Assembly (NCBI GenBank): GCA_944323215.1
Contig: CALURS010000001.1
Span: 1-45,054 of the forward strand
Direction: 5' to 3'
Source: Candidatus Gastranaerophilales bacterium
Lineage (GTDB): Bacteria; Cyanobacteriota; Vampirovibrionia; Gastranaerophilales; Gastranaerophilaceae
DNA length: 45,054 nucleotides
Of this stretch, positions 38,556-45,054 are shown piece by piece. Below the pieces are notes generated by a model. It was given only the letters and a program-made list of their open reading frames with translations, did not search any database and was not told where the DNA came from. A program made the translations under genes and the position numbers. Numbering within the stretch: position 1 is the first letter of the stretch; every line of letters starts with the position of its first letter.

Positions 38556-38701
38556 ATTTGCCTCCATAATAAAAGGGTTTTCCCATATTATGGTAGTTCG
38601 CTCAATTTTTACAGATAACCCAAACTTTGTTGTTTGATTTGTTAATATTTTAACCTTTTATTTATGAATTAAAACTAGGTTTCTTAATTGAATTATTATA
38701 T

Positions 38702-39754
38702 TTATAACTTTCTTATGTATCTTGCATAATAATCCGGATATATAAGTTTTAATTCCTTTAATTCGTAAATTTTCGATTCAGATATCTTTTCAACACTATC
38801 TCCACTATAACAGCTTAATCCGGTATTATCATTTAATATTTTTGGTGCTGTAAATTGTATAATTTCATCTGCTAAGTCTTGTTTTATAATTTCTCCGTTC
38901 AGTTTGGAGCCGGCTTCAATAAATACACTCATTATTCCTATTTCGTATATTTTTTTTAATACTTCTTTTAAATCAAGTTTGCTATTTATTTCTTTTACAT
39001 TAATTATTTGCACATTAGACGGTATTGTCTGATTGTATTTCTTTTTATCCCCATTAAATAGAATAATATTACCTTGTTTGAATATTTTTAAGTTAAAATC
39101 AAGTCTACAATCTCTATCAAGTATTATTTTTTGCCTGTGCCGCATTTGAGGATTATCAGCTAATACAGTTGCTGATGTTGTCATTATTGCATCATATTCT
39201 TGACGAAATTTCCTTGAGAGTTTTCTTGCACCCTCTGATGTTATCCATTTTGAATCCCCAATTGATGTTCCTATTTTCCCGTCAATTGTTGTCGCCGTTT
39301 TTAAAACTAAATATGCTCTTTTGTTTTTTATATTGTTGAAGAATATTCGATTAAGAAATTCTCCTTCCTCTCTAAGCACCCCTGAAATAACTTCTATTCC
39401 AGCCTTTTCAAGCTTTTCTTTTCCTCCGTATGCTTTGGGATTTGGGTCTAAAGTAGATATTACAACACGACTTATTCCATATTTAATAATTAAATCACTG
39501 CACGGCGGAGTCTTTCCATAATGATTGCAAGGCTCAAGATTTACTATTAATGTTCCACCTGCTGTATCATCCGGCATTAACTTCAATAAAGCATCTCGCT
39601 CTGCATGATTTTCACCATATTTTCTGTGATAACCATTGGAAATCTCTTTCCCACTTTTATCCAATACTACACAACCAACAAGAGGATTGGGAGATACTTG
39701 CCCTTTACCCTTTCTCGCTAATCTAAAACATTTCCGCATTTCTCGTTCGTACAT
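38702..39754 (-). CDS. ribD: Bifunctional riboflavin biosynthesis protein RibD (deaminase/reductase)
   Basis: 350 aa with deaminase motifs HAERDAL and PCNHYGKTPPC, and a C-terminal RibD_C reductase-like half. Confidence 0.9.
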   Translation of the reverse strand: MYEREMRKCFRLARKGKGQVSPNPLVGCVVLDKSGKEISNGYHRKYGENHAERDALLKLMPDDTAGGTLIVNLEPCNHYGKTPPCSDLIIKYGISRVVISTLDPNPKAYGGKEKLEKAGIEVISGVLREEGEFLNRIFFNNIKNKRAYLVLKTATTIDGKIGTSIGDSKWITSEGARKLSRKFRQEYDAIMTTSATVLADNPQMRHRQKIILDRDCRLDFNLKIFKQGNIILFNGDKKKYNQTIPSNVQIINVKEINSKLDLKEVLKKIYEIGIMSVFIEAGSKLNGEIIKQDLADEIIQFTAPKILNDNTGLSCYSGDSVEKISESKIYELKELKLIYPDYYARYIRKL

Positions 39755-39795
39755 ACCATTAATTTTATCATATTTATTCTTTTTTTATCCATCTC

Positions 39796-39824
39796 TTGAC
39801 AACTATTTAAAAAAGTTGTATTTT
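39796..39824 (+). promoter_or_regulatory. Candidate promoter TTGACA-N17-TATTTT
   Basis: TTGACA at 39796-39801, a 17-nt spacer containing the CAAC...GTTG palindrome, then TATTTT at 39819-39824. Lies 33 nt upstream of the 39857 ATG. Confidence 0.4.
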
Positions 39825-39856
39825 GAATGTTAGGCAAGACTAACATATAGGTAAAA

Positions 39857-40312
39857 ATGAGAGTTAATAATTTATTAGTGAAAAGTTATGCACCAAAAAC
39901 AACCGGTAATATTCAATATATGGGGCTAGGTGGTAATATAACCTCAGTGATGAGAAAAGAGTATGCTGATTTACGAGTTTTTCATCATCATATATATGAG
40001 TTTAAAAAGGGAATAAGAAATCTTATATTAACTACAGAAAAATCAATTTACAAAGAACCAATTGAGAAACGATTACAGAGTGAGGGAATAGACTATATAA
40101 TACACGATGTAGATAAGAATAAGATAAATGTATATTTTGGGGCAAAACAATGCGTAGAAGTTGTTAAAACATTTAATCCAAGATTAAATGAATTAACCCC
40201 TGAACAAGATTTTATGCTGGGCATAATGCTTGGCTACGACCGAGTAAAACAATGTGAAAGGTTTTTGGAGTATAAGAAAAAAAACATAAAAATAAAAAAT
40301 ATAAAAGAATAA
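39857..40312 (+). CDS. Hypothetical protein, possibly DUF2023-like
   Basis: 151 aa. The core RVFHHHIYEFKKGIRNLILTT...MLGYDRVKQCERFL resembles, from memory, the HHIYEYKKGLR signature of the DUF2023 family. Not verified. Confidence 0.55.
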   Translation: MRVNNLLVKSYAPKTTGNIQYMGLGGNITSVMRKEYADLRVFHHHIYEFKKGIRNLILTTEKSIYKEPIEKRLQSEGIDYIIHDVDKNKINVYFGAKQCVEVVKTFNPRLNELTPEQDFMLGIMLGYDRVKQCERFLEYKKKNIKIKNIKE

Positions 40313-40339
40313 CGTTTACCATATTTAATTTAGTGTGTT

Positions 40340-40376
40340 TCCGGAAGCAAAAACTTACGCAATCCGGATTTTTTTT
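40340..40376 (+). terminator. Terminator-like hairpin TCCGGA-17nt-TCCGGA + T8
   Basis: 6-bp GC-rich stem with a large loop, followed by eight T. Confidence 0.5.
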
Positions 40377-40520
40377 ATATAGAAAAGCTATAAACATAAC
40401 ATTTAAAAATTAACCAATAAGGTTATTTTAAAAATTTTGCTTAAATCTTTGTTACAAAAACTGGAAATCATTTTTCTTCTCGGCTAGAATGATGATTGTA
40501 GTATTTAGAGGAATTTTGGG

Positions 40521-41021
40521 ATGAATATAAAAGAAGACAAAATTTTGTTGCCGGAAGAAGTAAGAAGAATTTTAAATGCAGATAATAAAGAAATTGTAGA
40601 TTTATGTAAGCAGACTTCAGTATTACCAAAGAAAAACAAAGATGGACAATTATATTTTTCCTTGGATGAAGTAAAACGCTTAAAACGTGCAAAAGAAAAT
40701 AAATCAGCAGTGACAAACGCAATAGCAGCAGCAAATGGTGATTCACAAGCAATTGTTAGCAATCTTTTGTCAACTCTAAAGACTTTAGAAAACAGTTTAA
40801 CATCATCAGTTGAAAAAGTTTTGGATGATAAATTAGAAGGCATTGATGATTTGATTATTGAATTTGTCCGTTGCAAGACTGAAAATGAAAGCTTAAAGAG
40901 CAAAATAAACGAATTAAATAAAGAAAATTTCAATTTAAAAATGGCAGTAAATAGTTTTAAACCAGTAATGTGCGGATTATATGTAAAAAAAGAAGATAAT
41001 AATAACAATATACTATTTTAA
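40521..41021 (+). CDS. Hypothetical DNA-binding protein: N-terminal excisionase/MerR-like HTH plus C-terminal coiled-coil
   Basis: 166 aa. LLPEEVRRILNADNKEIVDLCKQTSVLPKKNKDGQLYFSLDEVKRL fits the HTH_17/excisionase pattern. ENESLKSKINELNKENFNLK is a heptad region. The antisense track ORF 40505..41008 has F/L/S-rich shadow composition. Confidence 0.6.
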   Translation: MNIKEDKILLPEEVRRILNADNKEIVDLCKQTSVLPKKNKDGQLYFSLDEVKRLKRAKENKSAVTNAIAAANGDSQAIVSNLLSTLKTLENSLTSSVEKVLDDKLEGIDDLIIEFVRCKTENESLKSKINELNKENFNLKMAVNSFKPVMCGLYVKKEDNNNNILF

Positions 41022-41069
41022 ACATTAATAAGAACGAGTTATCAGACAAGGGATTTGGGGAAAAGAATA

Positions 41070-42092
41070 ATGGCGGAAGAAACAACATTAAAGTCAGGTG
41101 CAAATGAGGAACGCAGTAAGGCATTAAAACTTGCTATTGAAAAAATAGAAAAAGATTTTGGAAAAGGCTCAATAATGCGTTTAGGAGACAAGCCTGCTAT
41201 TAACGTTGAAGCTATTCCAACAGGAGCATTAGCCTTAGATATAGCACTGGGAATAGGTGGTGTTCCCAGAGGCAGAATAATAGAAATCTATGGTCCTGAA
41301 TCATCAGGTAAGACAACACTTGCACAACATATTGTTGCAGAATGTCAAAAGAAAGGGGGAATTGCAGCATTTGTAGATGCAGAACACGCTTTGGACCCTG
41401 AATATGCAAGAAATCTTGGCGTAAATGTAGACGAGTTACTAATCTCACAACCTGATACAGGTGAACAAGCTTTGGATATAACAGAAGAGCTTGTCCGCTC
41501 AGGAGCCGTTGATGTAGTTGTTGTTGACTCCGTTGCAGCACTTGTTCCAAAGGCTGAAATTGAAGGTTCTATGGAAGAACAACAGATGGGTTTACAAGCT
41601 CGTTTAATGTCTAAAGCTTTAAGAAAATTAACCGGTATTATAGGTAAAACAAATACTACGGTTATTTTTATTAACCAATTAAGACAAAAAATTGGTGTTA
41701 TGTATGGAAACCCTGAAGTGACAACAGGTGGTAACGCTTTAAAATATTACGCATCCGTACGATTGGAAATCCGTCGTGTAGAAGGACTTAAGGGTGATGG
41801 AGAAGATATCGGAAATCACGTTAGAGTTAAGGTGCTCAAGAATAAGGTTGCACCTCCTTTTAGAACCGCAGAATTTGATATAATTTTTGGTAAAGGTATA
41901 TGTAAAGTCGGGAATATTCTTGATGTCGCTGTTAACCTTAATATAGTTAAAAAGGCCGGCGCTTGGTTTAGCTATAACGATGAAAAATTAGGGCAAGGTC
42001 GAGACAAAGCTAAAGAGGTTTTAGCTAATAACCCTGACTTACTTAACGAAATCGAAGAATTAGTTAGAAAAAAATTGAGTGAAAATCAATAG
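41070..42092 (+). CDS. recA: Recombinase RecA
   Basis: 340 aa from MAEETT. Walker [29 protein letters not shown] and [31 protein letters not shown] are present. Confidence 0.97.
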   Translation: MAEETTLKSGANEERSKALKLAIEKIEKDFGKGSIMRLGDKPAINVEAIPTGALALDIALGIGGVPRGRIIEIYGPESSGKTTLAQHIVAECQKKGGIAAFVDAEHALDPEYARNLGVNVDELLISQPDTGEQALDITEELVRSGAVDVVVVDSVAALVPKAEIEGSMEEQQMGLQARLMSKALRKLTGIIGKTNTTVIFINQLRQKIGVMYGNPEVTTGGNALKYYASVRLEIRRVEGLKGDGEDIGNHVRVKVLKNKVAPPFRTAEFDIIFGKGICKVGNILDVAVNLNIVKKAGAWFSYNDEKLGQGRDKAKEVLANNPDLLNEIEELVRKKLSENQ

Positions 42093-42534
42093 TTTTATTA
42101 ATACAAATACTACATTTAAGTCCGGATACGATAAAGAATTACGGAATTTATTTAAAGAAGCAGGTACTATCTTAAACTATGATAAAGATAGTATGTGTAA
42201 TGATGTTTTAATAATTGATGAAGGCAGCGAAAAGGGATTGGTTAAAAAAATCGATAACAAAACCATAAGCATTAGTAACCTATTCTCAGATTGCGTTTTG
42301 TTTCAAATTGCAGATAGCTCAAATGAAACTATAGACGTTTATTATCACAACTCACAAGATGAATACTGCGGGAAATATCTTAAATATAAAGATAATAAAA
42401 TATTTCCTTGGTACGCTGGAAAAGATATAAAATTATTTAGCAAAAGAATTAAAAATATGAGTACTCAAGAAATATTTGGACTGAAAAATATTTTAAAAAA
42501 ATATATTCCGAAGTTTATAAAAAAAATAAATTAG
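42079..42534 (+). CDS. Hypothetical protein (151 aa) overlapping the recA stop, not RecX-like
   Basis: Track ORF with a GTG start 14 nt inside recA. No SD seen. Lys/Asn/Ile-rich, no family recognised. Confidence 0.4.
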   Translation: MKINSFINTNTTFKSGYDKELRNLFKEAGTILNYDKDSMCNDVLIIDEGSEKGLVKKIDNKTISISNLFSDCVLFQIADSSNETIDVYYHNSQDEYCGKYLKYKDNKIFPWYAGKDIKLFSKRIKNMSTQEIFGLKNILKKYIPKFIKKIN

Positions 42535-42576
42535 TAAAAATGATTAAGTTGAAAAAGTCATAATATTGTGTAATAA

Positions 42577-42758
42577 TAAAAAGGCTTTATGCAGGTGTTT
42601 ATTTTGTTCCTACATCTATACTAAAAGGGAGAGTAAGCTCTTTGCCTATGAAGTATACCCGCCGATTTAATTCGCCAGCGGGAAACGGATTTAATAAGGC
42701 ACTCACCCACCTGCTGACTTAGCAGGTAACAAAATCACATTTGCATAAGGCTTTTTTT
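42577..42758 (+). ncRNA. Structured small RNA candidate with 6S-RNA-like architecture (long closing stem, central bubble, terminal stem-loop, U-tail)
   Basis: No ORF is present. TTGAAA-N16-TAATAA lies at 42549-42576.
Hand-paired helices:
- 42581-42593 with 42742-42754 (13 bp including 2 G-U).
- 42594-42598 with 42737-42741.
- 42601-42608 with 42728-42735.
- An inner helix, 42627-42633 with 42702-42708, and 42643-42647 with 42697-42701.
- An apical helix, 42658-42662 with 42678-42682.
The T7 run at 42752-42758 follows directly after the G+C core of the 3' closing-stem arm (its first three T are already counted in the 42742-42754 arm). The G-U pairs favour the plus strand. Confidence 0.45.
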
Positions 42759-42958
42759 ATTGATATTTATATTATTGTAAATGTGTTGCAAATATCATAA
42801 AAATATAGTATAAATAAATTAATATCATGTTTAAATGATAGAGTTCCGTAAAATCTTAATTATTAATTAATTAAGATAAAATCATACGAATGAATGTTAC
42901 GCTGGGATAATACCTAATGTACAATCATCATATTAAATAGATGTGAGAGTATAAAAAG

Positions 42959-43678
42959 ATGTTCAAAAACATAGCAAATATTGATTCTTTTTTAGGAGAT
43001 AGGGATTATAGCACAAATATAGTGCCCTCTATTGAAGAGACCAATACGGTTGAAACGTTTAAGAAAACTGAAAAGAAAAGCAGAATCGGACTGGTTGCGA
43101 TGCTATCAATAACGGCTGTTATTGGTATAATTGCAGGAAGTGTATGTTATCATAGAATGACAGCAATTGAATCCGGAAATAGTTTGATGAGCGGAGTTTT
43201 CAGTGAAAATGTGTTAAATGATGTAAGTACGGAAAATGTAGCAATATCTGCAACAAGCGGAAAAAGAGAAGTTATTTCTGTATCACGCAATATAACAAAA
43301 GCAGATCCATTTTTACCATATAGAGATGTATCTGTATCCTTTAATGCACCTCCAAAATTTGAACTAATGGAGCCTCCGGAATCTTCACTAGACGGTTCTG
43401 ATGCAGCAAGGGTTATGGATGTTGCTGTTTCCGGTATTTTGTATGATATTTATTCACCTTCTGCTATTCTTAATATAGAAGGAAATGATCATCTTGTTAA
43501 AAAAGGTGATTTGATTAGTAATTATAAAGTTTTAGATATAAACAAAAATACAGTTACCGTTCAATTAGGTAAAAACGTATATCGAGCTGGCATAGGTGAA
43601 ATGTTAACAACAAATGATATACATTATAATAAAGTTTCTAATTTAAATAGTAAGTTCGGAGGCAAGAATGGCAAGTAA
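42959..43678 (+). CDS. PilP-like pilus/secretin-associated protein (single TM anchor plus C-terminal beta domain)
   Basis: 239 aa with a TM helix (IGLVAMLSITAVIGIIAGSV). ADPFLPY and VSGILYD...AILNIEGNDHLVKKGDLISNYKVLDINKNTVTVQ resemble PilP/GspC-HR domains. Overlaps the secretin start by 11 nt. Confidence 0.5.
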   Translation: MFKNIANIDSFLGDRDYSTNIVPSIEETNTVETFKKTEKKSRIGLVAMLSITAVIGIIAGSVCYHRMTAIESGNSLMSGVFSENVLNDVSTENVAISATSGKREVISVSRNITKADPFLPYRDVSVSFNAPPKFELMEPPESSLDGSDAARVMDVAVSGILYDIYSPSAILNIEGNDHLVKKGDLISNYKVLDINKNTVTVQLGKNVYRAGIGEMLTTNDIHYNKVSNLNSKFGGKNGK

Positions 43679-45054
43679 GAATATACACAAGATACTATTA
43701 TCAGCAGCGTTGTTGTTATCAACTCCTGCTGTAATGGCATTAGGTTATAATTATTATCAAGGTTATGACCATTTGAAACTTGATGCAAACGTTTCAATAA
43801 CAAATAAGACAGATAAAATTAATCTTTCTTTAAGAGATTCGGATGTTAAACAAGTTTTAAGAATGTTTGCAGATAAAGCCGGATTGAATATAATATTCGA
43901 TTCATCTGTTTCCGGTTCTGTTACGTTAGACCTTGTTAATGTATCTCTGAACGATGCTTTTAAATTAGTATTAAAAATAAGTGGTTTAACATATTATCTT
44001 GAAGATAACACTCTTGTAGTTATGTCGGTAAGTGCCGCAAAGAATGAAAGTTTTGCAGCAAAAGAAATGACAATATTACCGGTTAGATATGTGGATGCCT
44101 CCAAGATAGCAGAATTTTTAAATAAAAATATATTCTCCAAAAAGAGAACAGGTTTATCAACAACAGAAGTTGCAACTGTAAATACAGCAACAAATGAGTT
44201 GATAATTTTTGGTATGGATAATGATGTAAAAATTGCACAAAGTGTGATTGATCAATTTGATAAAAAGCCATTGTCAGCAACATTTGTTGTAAATCACACA
44301 ACACCTGCGGAAATGGCATCAATGGTATGTAACATGTTATCACCGGGAGGTGGTGCTGTTACTGGTGAACAAATGGAAAATCCTATAAATGAAGAAGAAG
44401 GTGGAGCTACAGGATTTGCGTCCTCAGATGAGGGTTCAGATGGTGGTTCTTCTGAGGAAAGTGGTAGTAGTGGTGTTGACCCTGTTAAGTTAGGCGAAAA
44501 CTATATTGCTTGTTCACTTTCAGGAGCTGTTACAGTTGGGTCTGCCGTTCCATTTAACACACAAAATCTTAAAGTTTCATATTACCCGCAACGTGGTACT
44601 ATTAAAGTTGTTGGGGGATCTCAATCTCAAATTGACATGATTGGTGATTTTATTAAAGAAAATGATGTTAAGCAACCACAAGCGATTGTAGAATTATCAA
44701 TTTTGGAATTAACAGAAGACGGTAGTAAAGAATTTAGTAACAACTGGAATATAACCGGTGGTGATATAACCTTCAGTTCAAACGCTGACGGCACAACTAT
44801 TGCACACGCAAAGAACGAAAGCCGTATGAAGATTGGTTGGGAAATGTCATATTTGCTACAAACTGAAAAAGCAAGAATACTTGCTAATCCAAAGTTGGTT
44901 GTTACAAACGGCAAAGAAGCAGTTATTGACTTAACTCAAGATTACTTAGAGAGTGTTGATGTTGAATTCTTGCAAACCTCAGGTGCAGGAGCTGCAGCAG
45001 TTGCTCAAAAGACATACAACATTGGTAGCGACCAAGGTTTGAAAGTTTCATTTA
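43668..45054 (+). CDS. pilQ: Secretin (PilQ/GspD family), 5' part, continues beyond window
   Basis: Hand translation from the ATG at 43668 (GGAGG RBS). Signal peptide MASKNIHKILLSAALLLSTPAVMA. STN/N0-like domain (LRDSDVKQVLRMFADKAGLNIIFD...VSLNDAFKLVLKISGL). Secretin core is beginning (PQAIVELSILELTEDGSKEF...ARILANPKLVVTNGKEAVI). The frame stays open to the window end. Confidence 0.85.
   Translation, partial: MASKNIHKILLSAALLLSTPAVMALGYNYYQGYDHLKLDANVSITNKTDKINLSLRDSDVKQVLRMFADKAGLNIIFDSSVSGSVTLDLVNVSLNDAFKLVLKISGLTYYLEDNTLVVMSVSAAKNESFAAKEMTILPVRYVDASKIAEFLNKNIFSKKRTGLSTTEVATVNTATNELIIFGMDNDVKIAQSVIDQFDKKPLSATFVVNHTTPAEMASMVCNMLSPGGGAVTGEQMENPINEEEGGATGFASSDEGSDGGSSEESGSSGVDPVKLGENYIACSLSGAVTVGSAVPFNTQNLKVSYYPQRGTIKVVGGSQSQIDMIGDFIKENDVKQPQAIVELSILELTEDGSKEFSNNWNITGGDITFSSNADGTTIAHAKNESRMKIGWEMSYLLQTEKARILANPKLVVTNGKEAVIDLTQDYLESVDVEFLQTSGAGAAAVAQKTYNIGSDQGLKVSF

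Noticed and set aside
39755-39856. Possible FMN riboswitch (RFN element) upstream of ribD.
   Set aside because: The spacer is only ~100 nt, is almost pure A/T, and lacks the G-rich conserved RFN core. It looks like a divergent promoter region.
1-45054. Scan for CRISPR arrays, tRNA/rRNA genes, IS elements or transposases, integrases, toxin-antitoxin pairs, restriction-modification or other recognisable defence systems.
   Set aside because: No spaced direct-repeat arrays, no cloverleaf-like GC-rich segments, and no ORFs with transposase, integrase, nuclease or defence signatures were recognised. The window reads as core chromosome with lineage-specific surface and motility genes.

Overview
This is an AT-rich bacterial chromosomal window with about 40 protein-coding genes on both strands. 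I recognised no rRNA, tRNA, CRISPR array, transposase or integrase. All calls come from reading the supplied ORF translations and the DNA by eye, with no searches run.

Housekeeping content:
- A cdd / small Zn-ribbon protein / pgpH-like 7TM-HD / ybeY / dgkA operon.
- An SMR (sugE/gdx-type) exporter, clpC, mnmA, bioB, crcB, folC, uvrA, anmK, ribD and recA.

Motility, secretion and signalling genes are interleaved with these:
- Flagellin.
- A tight operon of hybrid-type histidine kinase, CheY-like receiver, degenerate GspE/PilB-like protein, flhB and a sigma-28-type fliA.
- pilT.
- A PilP-like gene plus a secretin (truncated by the window end).
- A 1083-aa Pmp-repeat autotransporter.
- A membrane-anchored HExxH/TPR protein.
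- An orphan histidine kinase and an orphan LuxR-type regulator.

The ClpC sequence looks cyanobacterial/plastid-type while the genome encodes flagella. By inference only, this suggests a non-photosynthetic cyanobacterial relative (Melainabacteria-like).

Most interesting unexplained items:
1. A divergently transcribed operon of unrecognisable Ala/Gly-rich, hydrophobic/coiled-coil proteins next to the Pmp autotransporter (35504-37885).
2. A GspE-N-domain protein with a decayed ATPase core wedged between a two-component pair and flhB-fliA.
3. A ~180-nt promoter-to-terminator structured RNA downstream of recA, whose hand-drawn fold has 6S-RNA-like architecture (42577-42758).
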